A stretch of DNA of 64,000 bases from Malacoraja senta (lineage: Eukaryota): NCBI GenBank assembly GCA_038087875.1, contig CM075992.1:3102001-3166000 (forward strand), read 5' to 3'. The notes under the pieces are model-generated. The model did no database searches. It was not told the origin of the DNA and saw only the letters and a list, made by a program, of their open reading frames with translations. Made by a program: the position numbers and the translations under genes. Numbering within the stretch: the first letter of the stretch is position 1; every line of letters starts with the position of its first letter. Below are positions 1 through 12,546 of the stretch, one piece after another.

Positions 1-2297
1 ATTTTATTGGGAATTTCCCGCACACAGCGAGTGGCCGGTGCATAAACGTGGTACAAATGCTGATGAATGCGAATGATTCCCAGAATCATTGATTTAATCA
101 TCTCGTTAGAGCCTCCTAATTATGTGCATTGTTCATGGTGTTGATATAATGGTTTCTCGACCTGATTATGTATGAGCGGAGGAAACGTTTCCTTCAGGGA
201 GCAACTTAATTATTTCACAAAACTGATTACTTGAGAACAAGGTGCCAGATCTCGGAAGGTGCATGGGTCCGGTGCATGGGTGCAGCCCAGTGCCGAGAAT
301 GGCAATGCCAAATGCTTCCGGGTAAAGCTAAAAACGTACAAGGACAGTAAACCAAAGGCTTTATGTGTTGGAAGGAACTGCAGATGCTGGCTTAAACCGA
401 AGATAGACACAAAAAGCTGGAGTAGCTCAGCGAGTCAGGCTGCATCCCAAGAGAACATGGATAGGCGACGTTTTGGTGGGAACCTTCTTTAGACTTATTG
501 TGGTGGGAGGGAGGGTGGGGTTGGGGTGGAGAACGCTGGAAAAGAGGAGAGACAGCACAAAAAAGTCACAAAAAGCTGGAGCAACTCAGCGGGACAGGCA
601 GCATCTCTGGAGAGAAGGAATGGGTGACGCTTCGGGTCGGGACCCTTCTTCAGACTCTGAGTTGCTCCAGCATTTTGTGTCTGTCTTCGGTTTAAACCAG
701 CATCTGCAGTTCCTGCCAACACATGTGTTTCGTCTTTCATGTGTTGAGCAGGTGGCCAGTTTGTTCAACGTGTGAGTGATGTGTTTGGAGCCGTTTGTGA
801 GTAATGCATGGAATTGCCCTGGAAATGCAATTCTCCTTTCCAGTCAGTGACAGGAACCAACAGGCAGTGTGATGTCCGGGATATGAGACATCGTTAGCCT
901 GTGAAGGTTCAAACGCTGAGGTGTTGACTGACTAAAAGGCGAAGCCCTGGAGCAACTCAGCGGGACGGGTCAGGCAGCATTCGTGGTGGGAAGGAACAGG
1001 TGACGTCTCGGGTCGGGAGCCTTCTTAAGGCTGATGCATGGGCGTGGGGGCAAAGCTACTTCCAAGAGGGAGCCAGATAAGGCTCTTAAAGATAGCGGAG
1101 TCAGGGAATATGGGGAGAAGGCAGGAACCGGGTACTGATTGGGGATGTAGACAAAAGTGCTGGAGAAACCCAACGGGTGAGGCAGCATCTATGGAGCGAA
1201 GGAAATAGGCAACGTTTCAGGCCGAAACCCTTCTTCAGACTGGGTCAGGCAGATGAGATCAGTTGCCTATTTCCTTCGCTCCACAGATGCTGCTGCACCC
1301 GCTGAGTTTCTCCAGCATTTTTGTCCACCTTCGATTTTCCAGCATCTGCAGTTCCTTCTTAAACATACTGATTGGGGATGATCAGCCATGATCACATTGA
1401 ATGGCGGTGCTGGCTCGAAGGGCCAAATGGCCTACTCCTGCACCTATTGTCTAGAAGCTGGTAAAAAAAGACGGGGGTGGGGGTAAAGCATGGCAAGTGA
1501 TAGGTGGAAGATAGACACAAAAAGCTGGAGTAACTCAGCAGGACAGGCAGCGTCTCTGGAGAGAAGGGATGGGTGACGTTTCGGGTCGAGACCCTTCTTC
1601 AGCTTTTTGTGTCTACGGTTTAAACCGGCATCTGCAGTTCCTTCCTGCACAAGTGATAGGTGGATACAGGTAAGGGGATGGGTGGCAAGAACATAGAGAA
1701 CAGATGGAACAAGATGCCAAGTTGAACTGATCTCCTCTGCCTGACCATGGCCCATACTCCTCTATTCTCTGCACATCCATGTGCCTATCTAAAAGCCTAG
1801 AGGTCATAGCCTCAGAATTAAAGGACGTTCCTTCAAGAAGGTGATGAGGGGAAAATTCTTCAGAGGGTGGTGAATCTGTGGAATTCTTTGCCAGAGAAGG
1901 CTGTGTAGGCAAAGTAAGAGGATATATTTAAGGCAGAGACAGATAGATTCTTGATTAGTACGGGTGTCAGAGGTTACGGGGAGAAGGCAGGAGAATGGGG
2001 TTAGGAGGGAGAGATAGATCAGCCATGATTGAATGGCGGAGTAGACTCGATGGGCCGAATGGCCTAATTCTACTCCTATTCCTTATGACCTCATGACCTC
2101 AAACACCACCATTGGATCTGGCCTCCACCACCATCACCCCTGACAATTGCCAGAGGCAAATTAACCTACAAACCTGTACTTCTTTGGAGCATGGGAGGAA
2201 AACTACACGGCCACAGGGAGAACGTATAAACTCCGCACACAGGCAGCTCCCGAGGTCAGGATGGAATCCGGGTGTCTGGCGCTGTGAGGCAGCAGCT

Positions 2298-2693
2298 TCT
2301 GCACAACACCGGCTGACGCTTCTAAGGCCGCCTGGGTCAAGACGAGATGGAGAGACCAGTGGAAGTCAGCGGAACCATCTAGGCTACACCATTACATCGA
2401 TGACCCCATGGACGTCCCTGGCCAGGACCTGCCCCTGAAAGCAGTGGACAACCCTCAACCACTTGAGGGCAGGCATCGGACGCTATGGAGTGGCGATGAA
2501 GCGGTGGGGCCTCGTGGACAGCACCTACTGCGAGTGTGGGGACCCAACACAGACAGTGGAGCACATCGTCACCAGTTGCCCCAAACACCGGCCACCGAAT
2601 GGTAAACGAGGCCTGATTGACCTGGACGATGACACGTTGGCCTGGCTCGCCTCAACGGAGCTGCAGGTCTACAAGACGCACGACAGAAGTAGA
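2298..2693 (+). mobile_element. 5'-truncated LINE 3' end with CCHC finger (Vingi/Ingi-like), inserted in a minus-strand V-SINE
   Basis: MKRWGLVDSTYCECGDPTQTVEHIVTSCP..LDDDTLAWL; 11-bp TSD aggcagcagct (2287-2297 and 2694-2704); clade assigned from recalled motif only. Confidence 0.6.
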
Positions 2694-4098
2694 AGGCAGC
2701 AGCTCTACCGCTGCGTCACCGTGCTGCCCTCGTCTGAGATCCTGGAGATTTTCTCGGGCAGATTCACGACGTTTTCATGGTTTATTGCTCCCTCTTTTGT
2801 GGACCATGTGCCATACATCCTCTCCTGGCAACGCCTGGGAGCTGGGAAGATGCCACATGCCTGTACACAGCTACAGTCTCTCTCCAAACAGCTGCCTGGA
2901 GAACAAGCCACCTTGCTGTACAGTGGCCATGCCAGGCAGCTAGGGCGGGTGCCAGGGTGAAACTGTGGCCCTGCATCTCATCTCCGTTTGTGTAGGAAGG
3001 AACTGCAGATGCTGGTTTAAACCGAAGATAGACACAAAATGCTGGAGTAAGTCAGCGGGGCAGGCAGCATCACTGGAGAGAAGGAATGGGTGAGGTTTCT
3101 GAAGAACACTGGAAAATGGGAATGCTGGAAAAGAAGAGAGACAGCACCAAAAAGTCACAAAAAGCTGGAGCAAGCAACTCAGTGGGGCAGGCAGCATCTC
3201 TGGAGAGAAGGAATGGGTGACGTTTTGGGTTTCGAGACTCTTCTTCTGACCCGAAACGTCACCCATTCCTTCTCTCCAGAGATGCTGCCTGTCCCGCTGA
3301 GTTGCTCCAGCTTTTTGTGTCTATCTTCTATGTTTAGACTGATTTAAAAATCTAACGCTGCAAATTCCAGGGCGAAAATGTTTATTATCAATGTCTCAAA
3401 CAGGTCTCTGCAAAAGTGGCAGGGAATTGCAAATACTCCCTCTGAAGATGATACAGGGGGAATTAGTTTTGTTTAGAGATGCAGCAGAGAAACAAGCTCA
3501 AATCCATGTTGGCCACTGATCACCCATTCACACTAGTTCTATGTTATCCCACTTTCTCATCCACTCCCTTCACACTAGGGGCAATTTACAGAGGGCCAAT
3601 TAACCTACAAACCCGCACGTCTTTGGGACGTGTCCTGTTCCCATGCTGTATCTCCAAACTAAACTAAAGACGATAGGGGAGGGACAGATAGAACAAAGGC
3701 AAGAGAGGCACAAGGAACTGCAGATGCTCGAATCTTGTCGAGCAAAACACAAAGTGCTGGAGTGGGAGAGGCTTTTGGATAGGAATGGAGGGATATGGAT
3801 CACGTGCAGGCTGAGGAGATGAGTTTAACTTGGCATCGTGGTCAGCACGAACATTGTGGGCTGAAGGGCCTGTTGCTTTGTTGTGCTGTTCTATGTTCCA
3901 TGTACCACAGAGGGAGGTTAGAAGATGGAGAAGTGGTTGGATGGTTCAGTACCGTCACCCATGCAGTGAAGTAACGCAGTGGATTTCCTTTGCACAACCC
4001 ACAAATGCACAGTCGCCATAGAGTGGCGTCGCTTGCAAAGTAACAAGAAAATGTCCAAAGTCAGGTCCACATGCGGGGAGTACTGGAGCTCCCCCGAT

Positions 4099-4730
4099 CC
4101 AGGTACGCCCAGGTATCCCCAGGTAAGCCCAGGTATCCCCAGGTAAGCCCAGGTATCCCCAGGTAAGCACATGTATCCCCAGGTAAGCCCAGGTATCCCC
4201 AGGTAAGCCCAGGTATCCCCAGGTAAGCCCAGGTATCCCCAGGTAAGCCCAGGTATCCCCAGGTAAGCCCAGGTATCCCCAGGTAAGCCCAGGTATCCCC
4301 AAGTAAGCCCAGGTATCCCCAGGTAAGCCCAGGTATCCCCAGGTAAGCCCAGATATCCCCAGGTAAGCCCAGGTATCCCCAGGTAAGCTCAGGTATCCCC
4401 AGGTAAGCCCAGGTATCCCCAGGTAAGCCCAGATATCCCCAGGTAAGCCCAGGTATCCCCAGGTAAGCCCAGGTATCCCCAGGTAAGCCCAGGTATCCAC
4501 AGGTAAGCCCAGGTGTCCCCAGGTAAGCCCAGCTATCCCCAGGTAAGCCCAGGTATCCCCAGGTAAGCACAGGTATCCCCAAGTAAGCCCAGGTAAGCCC
4601 AGGTATCCCCAGGTAAGCCCAGGTATCCCCAGGTAATCCCAGGTATCCCCAGGTAAGCCCAGGTATCCCCAGGTAACCCCAGGTATCCACAGGTAAGCCC
4701 AGGTATCCACAGGTAAGCCTAGGTAAGCCC
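4099..4730 (+). repeat. 20-bp minisatellite (CCCAGGTAAGCCCAGGTATC)n, about 31 units
   Basis: Directly visible tandem array of alternating 10-mers. Confidence 0.98.
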
Positions 4731-4769
4731 CGGGCTGCTGCAGATCCGCAACCTGACATCCCTCTCTTC

Positions 4770-5000
4770 ACCCGACTACCTAGGTGTCCTGAGACGCCCT
4801 GTCCACGGGCACCCTGGGGGATTTCCGGGACCGCGGGGGGTGGAATGCATCCTGGACAAGGATTGCAATACAGTTGCCTCGTGGTTTACTTAGTATAATT
4901 ATTTGTCTTGTATTATGGCGGTGGGTTCTGCTTTGTTTTATTGTATTGCAAATACTGTTTTAATATTTGAATAAATATTTTTGATTTATTTTAAAAAAAT
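4770..5000 (+). mobile_element. Tx1/L1-like LINE 3' end; related copies at about 9215-9666 (+) and 35475-35710 (-)
   Basis: STGTLGDFRDR(WAP)RGVECILDKD-type ORF2 end, then T-rich UTR, AATAAA and A tail; three related copies in the window. Confidence 0.6.
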
Positions 5001-5415
5001 AGTTTTGCTGAGAGGGACTCAGTTCCGTTTATTGTCACATGTATGGAGGTACAGTGAAAAGCTTTTGTTGCGTGCTAACCAGTCAGCGGTAAGACAACCC
5101 ATGATTACAATCGATCCATTTACAGTGTACAGATACATGATCAGGGAATAACGTTTAGTGCAGGGTAAAGCCAGCAAAGCCCGATCAAGGATAGTCCGAG
5201 GGTCACCAACGAGGTGGATAGTAGTTTGACGACCAGACATCTGCAGACCCACAAGTAGACCACCCTATGGAGAGGAGAGGACAGTCATACTCGTTTCCAG
5301 TGACCGCAGATGATGGGTTCAGGACTGCTCTCTGGTTGTGGAAGGATGGTTCAGTTGCCTGATAACAGCTGCTGGGTGAGTTGGCTAATTGTATTCTTTT
5401 CTTTCTTCCTTGCAG

Positions 5416-5519
5416 AGTGACGATGCTTTGGGGAGCACCTGGAACTGGTTGTACTTCATCCCTCTCATCATCATCGGCTCCTTCTTCATGCTCAACCTTG
5501 TTCTCGGGGTGCTGTCGGG
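5416..5519 (+). CDS. CACNA1A: Cav2.1 alpha-1A exon (human exon 7 equivalent): end of domain I pore loop and IS6
   Basis: ttgcag|AGT...TCGGG|gtaagt; 104 nt; [35 protein letters not shown]. Confidence 0.96.
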
Positions 5520-6561
5520 GTAAGTGTCCCCCTGTCTTCCTCCTCCTCTGTCAACATCAAGCCCATTGTTAACGTGTGTGGGCCCAGCGGTGGAGTCGCT
5601 GCCTCACAGCTCCGGCGACCCGGGTTCGATCCCGGCTACGGGTGCAGTCTGTACGGGGTTTGTACCTTCTCCCCGTGACCGCGTGGGTTTTCTCCGAGAT
5701 CTTCGGTTTCCCCCCACACTCCAAAGACACACAGGTTTGTAGGTTAATTGGCTTGGTATAAATGTACAAATTGTCCCTAGTGTGTGTAGGATAGTGTTAG
5801 TGTGCAGGGATCCATTCTCCTTGTGACCGTGTGAGTTTTCTCCGGGTGCTCCAATTTCCTGCCACGTCCCAAAGACGTGCGGGTTTGTAGGTTAATTGGC
5901 CCTTTGTAAGATTGTGTAGGGAATGGGCGTGAAAGTTGGATATCATAGAACTAGTGCAAATGGGTGACCAATGGTTGGTGTACACTCGATGGGCCTGTTT
6001 CCATGCTGTATCTCCAAACTAAACCAAAGGAGATATGGGAAGGCCAGGCAGAACAAAGGGAAGAGAGGCACAAGGAACTGCAGATGCTCGAATCCTGAGC
6101 AAAACACAGAGTGCTGGAGTAATTCAGCAGGTCAGGCAGCACCTGGGAAGGAAGTGTATGGGTGACATCTCATTTTGTGTCCCTTCTTCAGACTTGGACA
6201 CTGAAGAAGGGTCCTGACCCAAAATGTCACCTATCTATTCCTTCCACAAATGCTGCCTGACATGCTGAGTTACTCCAGCATTTTGTGTTTAGATTCTTTC
6301 AATCAATCAGTCGGAAAACCCTGACCCTCCAGAGTTTAAGTTTCCGTATGCCATCAAAGTACTGACAGGAGAGGGTCATTACTTGTTGCCAGTCTCAATA
6401 TCCGGGCAGGATTTACACTGATGATGGGTTCCAGGGTTTTTCCCTTCATGGGATATCCTTCCCAAAAGCAGCAGATCAATCCTTTCCCACCGCTGGCGCT
6501 CCCAAACAATTCCTGAGCGAAGGAGCGTGGCCCTTGCGGAAAGTCGCTGATCTAACAATAA

Positions 6562-6711
<150 letters not shown>

Positions 6712-8503
6712 TGAGAGGCAGGTTGGGCTAGGCTTCACCTCCTGTCCTCGGGCTTCCTGAGAAGTCACTGATGGCTAGCTTTCACTGTAGTTCTGGGGGC
6801 TCTGAGCTAAATGACAATGGGCTGGAGGAACTCAAAGGGGGGGGGGAATCAAAGAGCTAGGGGAACTCTTAAAAGGGTGATGGGGGGAAGTCAAAGGGTT
6901 AAAAAGTGCAGGACGAACTCAAAGGGTAAAAATAATGTTGGCAGAAATGAAAGGGTAATATTGGAGGAAGTCAAAGGGATAAAAAATAAAGTGCTGGAGG
7001 AACTTGGAGCAATGCACTGCTCTGTGCTTCTGTTAGTGAGGGGAGTCTGAGCTTTCATCCAAGGGTAACGTTTGATCCCATGGTGACAGCAGTGAACTCT
7101 CTGCAGGAACTTTCCAGGAAGTCAAGAATGTTTAATTGTCATATGAACCAGCAACTTTAATGAACCTCGTGGGTTTTCTCCAGGTGCTCCGGTTTCCTCC
7201 CACACTCCAAAGGCCCACAGGTTTGTAGGTTAATTGGCTTCGGTAAAATTGTCCCGAGCGTGCAGGGTGGTGTTAGTGTGCGGGGATCGCTGGTCGGTGC
7301 AGACCCGGTGGGCCGAAGGGCCTGTTTCCGAGCTGTATCACTAAACTGAACTCAACTAAAAGTATACTATAAGGTTCATAAGGTTCATTTATTGTCACAG
7401 ACACCAATTGGTGTAGTGAAATTTCACTGGCCAGGTCAGTCATCCAATTTTTAAAAAGCCACAGACTCAAAAAAACACATTTGAACATAAACATCCATCA
7501 CAGTGACTCCAACACATTTCTCACTGTGATGGAAGGAGAAATAAAGTTCAAGTCCTTCCCTTTTTGTTCTTCCTCGGTCGGGGGCCTCGAGCCCCCCGTT
7601 GACGGGACGGTCAACTACAATAAATAATGAATAAATTAATAATTAGTAGCGCTAGGTAACCAGATTCTAATAGTGCAAAAGCAAAGAAAGATGGATCCCT
7701 AAACTAAACTATAGAAATTGCTGCTGTTTAATCCCAATGAAGACGGTCTCAAAGGTTACGGGGAGAAGGCAGGGGAATGGGGTTGAGAGGGAAAGTTAGA
7801 TCAGCAATGATCGAATGACGGAGCACACTTGCTGGGCTAAATGTAGACAGGAAAATGGTGGAGTAACTCAGCGAGTCAGGCAGCATCTCTGGAGAAAAGG
7901 AATAGGTGACATTTCACGTCGAGACCCTTCACCAGATAGGCTGAATGGCCTAATTCTGCTTACGGTCTAATGATAAACATAATTAACTCTCTAAAGATAT
8001 CAAAGAACTAATGGCAATTCTCCATGTCAAAAATTCCCAGCAATCTGATGTATTCAAGAGAGATGTATAGGAAGGAACTGCAGATGCTGGTTTAAACCAA
8101 AGATAGATACAAAAAGCTGGAGTAACTCAGCAGGACAGGCAGCATCTCTGAAGGGAAGGAATGGGTGACGTTTCGGGTCGAGACCCTTCTTCAATCTGAT
8201 TTAAGAGAGAGTTACAGTAGATATAGCTCTTAGAGCTAACGGAATCAAGGCATATGGGGAGAAAGCAGGGACGGGGTACTGATTTTGGATGATCAGCCAT
8301 GATCATATTGAATGGTGGTGCTGGCTCGAAGGGCCGAATGGCCTACTCCTGCACCTATTGTCTATGTTTCTATCAAGTTAAGCCTCAAAGTTTTATGAAT
8401 GTGTAAAACTGTTCTGGGATGTATTCTGCACATAGGAGTTATTACTGGTCCCTTCATCATATTCTCATTTTCTTCCTGTTATCTGACTATTCATTGCATG
8501 CAG

Positions 8504-8560
8504 AGGAGGTAATATTGGCGGAGGAGGAGACAGACACTGAGGAAAAATCACCCTTTGATG
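8504..8560 (+). CDS. CACNA1A: Cav2.1 exon 9 equivalent (I-II loop)
   Basis: atgcag|AG GAG GTA...GAT G|gtaagg; 57 nt; EEVILAEEETDTEEKSPFD. Confidence 0.95.
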
Positions 8561-11117
8561 GTAAGGCTAATCTTAAGAAAATGTATCTATTCAGTCTTGG
8601 TCAAGAGTTGTAAATGAACCATGTGATGAGAGGTGGACAAAAGTGCTGGAGAAACTCAGCGGGCGAGGCAGCATCTATGGAGAGAAGGAATAGGTGACGT
8701 TTTGGGTCGAGGCTCTTCTTCAGTGTGGGCCATGCGGGGTCCATGGGAGATCTAAAGGAGATCATGCCAGTGTTTAGGAGACTCGAGGAGTTTTCTAATG
8801 TCTAAAGTAATAAGCTGGAGTTCGAAGAAGATTGAAGAAATTTGGATGTATCTCACTGTTTTCTATCAACAATAAAGCATTTATTCATCAAAAGACTGTG
8901 TTTTAAAGCCATATCTGAGAAGAAGCTCCGAAGGTCTCTGTGAGTGAGCTCGCATGCGTTTAGAAGATACCCCCTTCGACCATTCTCATCCAAATAGCGG
9001 CTTGGGTGCTAATTACCTGAAAGATATGAAAATCTGCGGCTACTTTAAGTACGAAGAAGTCTGAAGAAGGGTCTCGACCCGAAACGTCACCAATTCCTTC
9101 TCTCCATAGATGCTGCCTCACCCGCAGAGTTTCTCCAGCACTTTTGTCTACCTTCGATTTTTCCAGCATCTGCAGTTCTTTCTTAAACATGTGATGAGAG
9201 GTGTTCCCTTGCACCCGAACCTCAGATCCACTGCCCCTTTTCCGGGGGTTACGTCCGCCCCCAGGTGGTACTAGAAAGGGTAGACACTAAATGCTGGAGT
9301 AGCTCAGCGGGTGAGGCAGCATCTCAGGAGAGAAGGAATGGGTGACGTTTCGGGTCTCGAAACATCGCCCATTCCTTCTCTCCAGAGATGCTGCCTCACC
9401 CGCTGAGTTACTCCAGCATTTAGTGTCTACCTTTGATTTTAACCAGCATCTGCCCTGGGGGGATTTCCGGGACCGCTGGGCACCGCGGGGGTTAGAATGC
9501 AGCCTTAATAAGGATGGGGAAATAGTTGTTTAGTAGTATATTCGATATTGAATAATATTTGTGTGACTTGTATTATGGTGGTGTTTTTCTGTTTTTAGTT
9601 ATTTTGTATTGTACATGTTATTGTAAATAATTGTATTAATTATTTTTGGTAAGGTTAAAAAAAAAACTTAGATCCACTGGGGGGAATCGAACCAGTGGAC
9701 AGGTGGATTCCCCATGTCCCACCTGACTCCCACCTGACTCCCGCTCTTGTCCAATCCCCCCTCACCTGGATCCATCTTTATCTGGAACATAGACACAAAA
9801 TGCTGGAGTAACTCAGCAGGACAGGCAGCATCTTTGGAGAGAAGGAAAGGGTGACATTTCGGGTCGAGACCCTTCTTCAGACTGTGGAACATATTGTCTT
9901 TCCGCTGACTGGTTAGCACGCCACAATAAACTAAAAACTGAACTGAAACAAAGAAATTAGGTGCAGAAGTAGGCCATTCGGCCCTTCGAGCCAGCACCGC
10001 CATTCAATATGATCATGGCTGATCATCCAGAATCAGCACCCTGTTCCTGCTTTCTCCCCATATCCCTTGATTCCGTTAGCCCTAAGAACTATATCTAACT
10101 CTCTCTTGAAAACATCCAGAGAATTGACCTCCACTGCCTTCTGTGGCAGAGAATTCCACAGATTCACAACCCTCCGAGTGAAAACGTTTTTCCTCATCTC
10201 ATTCCTAATTGGCCTGCCCCTTATTCTTAAAATGTGACCCTTGGTTCTGGACTCCCCCAACATGGGGAACATTTTTCCTGCATCTAACTTGTCCAATCCC
10301 TTAGGGATTTTATATGTTTGGCCCATATCCCTCCAAGCCTGTCCTATCCACGTACCTGTTCTAATGTCTTTTCTGTAATATATTTTCAATCCGTCTCAAT
10401 AGTTTTTAAATGTTTCTGTCAGCAAGATGTAAAGATAGTTCGAAGGTCTTTGCAGCTGCCGATTGGTATCAAAAGGTATCCATGGTGATGCCTAGAGTGA
10501 AAGGCCTGAGGCCTACTTGCTGCCCAGAGCCTGCTGTGCATTGTGGGATACCTCTAGGGTACCGAGGGCCATTTTACCCAGCTCTCCACGCCTGGGAAAG
10601 GTAAGTTTAGAATGGTGGGCAACTCTGACCAGTAAGTACACTAAGTGCTGGAGTAACTCAGCGGGTCAGGCAGCATCTCTGAAGAACATGGATAGGTCAT
10701 GGACATGAATGAGCAGGAGACCTCATTGAAACATAGCAAATAGTGAAAGGCCTGGATAGAGTGGATGTGGAGAGGATGTTTCCACTAGTGGGAGAGTCTA
10801 GGACCACACGTCATAGCCTCAGAATAGGACGTTACTTTAGGAAGGAGATGAGGAGGAATTTCTTTATCCAAAAGGTGGTGAATCTGTGGACTTCATTGCC
10901 ACAGATGGCTGTTGAGGCCAAGTCATTGGATATTATTAAGGCAGAGATTGATAGGTTCTTGATTAGGAAGGGCGTCAAAGGACACAGGGAGAAGGCAGAA
11001 GAATGGGTTTGAGAGGAAAAGATAGATCAGCCGTGATTGTATGGCAGAGTAGACTTGATGGGCTGAATGGCCTAATCCTGCCCCCATCACTTATGAACTT
11101 ATAGGTGACCTTCTTGA

Positions 11118-11313
11118 GAGGGCCTGTCCCACTTGGCCGTCATTTGTGTGTAATTTACGCGACATCATTTACGCGTCACGACGCACGATGGTGCGCATTA
11201 CGCGCGCATGGTGCGTGATGACATAGGCAGTGACCCGCGGGATTTTGTGATGTACAAAATCTTTGCGCGCCATCTGCGTGACGCACAAATGACGGCCAAG
11301 TGGGACAGGCCCT
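11118..11313. mobile_element. PIF/Harbinger-like MITE
   Basis: About 30-bp TIR AGGGCCTGTCCCACTTGGCCGTCATTTGTG; TGA on both flanks. Confidence 0.8.
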
Positions 11314-11435
11314 TGATTGTGGTGGGGGTGGGGTTGGGAGGTGAGAGAGGCTTTGGAGAGAGGAGAGGGAGGACAAAGCGTGGCAGGTGGACACATAGTC
11401 AAGGGGGGGTTGATAGGTAAAGGCCAGAGATTGTA

Positions 11436-12033
11436 ATGTTAAAATTGTACAAGGCATTGGTGAGGCCAATTCTGGAGTATGGAGTACAATTTTGGTCGCC
11501 TAATTATAGGAAGGATGTCAACAAAATAGAGAGAGTACAGAGGAGATTTACTAGAATGTTGCCTGGGTTTCAGCAACTAAGTTACAGAGAAAGGTTGAAC
11601 AAGTTAGGTCTTTATTCTTTGGAGCGCAGAAGGTTAAGAGGGGACTTGATAGAGGTCTTTAAAATTATGAGCGGGTTAGACAGAGTGGACGTGGATAAGC
11701 TTTTCCCATTGAGAGTAGGGAAGATTCAAACAAGGGGACATGACTTGAGAATTAAGGGACAGAAGTTTAGGGGGAACATTAGGGGGAACTTCTTTACTCA
11801 GAGAGTGGTAGCTGTGTGGAATGAGCTTCCAGTGGAAGTGGTGGAGGCAGGTTCGATGTTATCCTTTAAAAATAGATTGGATGGGTATATGGACGGGAAA
11901 GGAATGGAGGGTTATGGTCTGAGTGCAGGTAGATGGGACTAGGGGGGAGTATTTATTTAAATGTTCGGCACGGACTTGAAGGGCCGAGATGGCCTGTTTC
12001 CGTGCTGTTATGGTTATATGGTTATATGGTTAT
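11436..12033 (+). mobile_element. CR1-clade LINE 3' end with open ORF2 C-terminus
   Basis: LYKALVRPILEYGVQFWSP..LERRRLRGDLIEVFKI..FFTQRVVAVWNELP; (GGTTATAT)n tail. Confidence 0.9.
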
Positions 12034-12456
12034 TAAATGAAGGCGTGATGAAGAATTGAAGAGTTGCAAATTGTGAAGCCAGATGAAGGAATGGAGGGGG
12101 AGGGGCGAAATGTGTGTGTGTCCAGTTAGAGCACAGGGAAGGGGTGGATGTTGGGGAGATAGCAGAGTGTGGGGGGTGGGGGGGGGGGGGGGTGAGCAGT
12201 ACGTCTTAGGAGCTGGAGAGGTCCCAAGTCAAGCCAGATTCATGTAGTGCACTGGGCTGCGTACGTAGCTCGCGATTGAGAAGACAATATTTCATTGATG
12301 AAGTACCATGAGAATCCTTTCATCAAGTGGCCAGGATGGACCAGGACCACCCTGGGGCTCATTCCTGCCGAAAGCCGAGTGTCGGGGTTTTTCGGAAGAA
12401 TGAAGCGTCTCTGAGCTGCCTCAGTCTTTTTCTCTTTGTCTCCCTGTGTGTCGCAG

Positions 12457-12546
12457 CTATGAGAAGAGGAACAATAAAAAAGAATAAAACTGACCTGCTG
12501 AATCCTGAAGAGGGCGAGGATCACCTGGCGGACATCTCCTCCGTGG
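12457..12546 (+). CDS. CACNA1A: Cav2.1 exon 10 equivalent (I-II loop)
   Basis: tcgcag|CT ATG...GTG G|gtgagt; 90 nt; [39 protein letters not shown] is Cav2.1-like. Confidence 0.95.

Noticed and set aside
4099..4730. CRISPR-like array
   Set aside because: No unique spacers, eukaryotic intron, no cas genes.
3955..4771. 251-aa and 236-aa minus-strand ORFs (LGIPGLTWGY repeats)
   Set aside because: Translation of the 20-bp minisatellite, which lacks stops on that strand.
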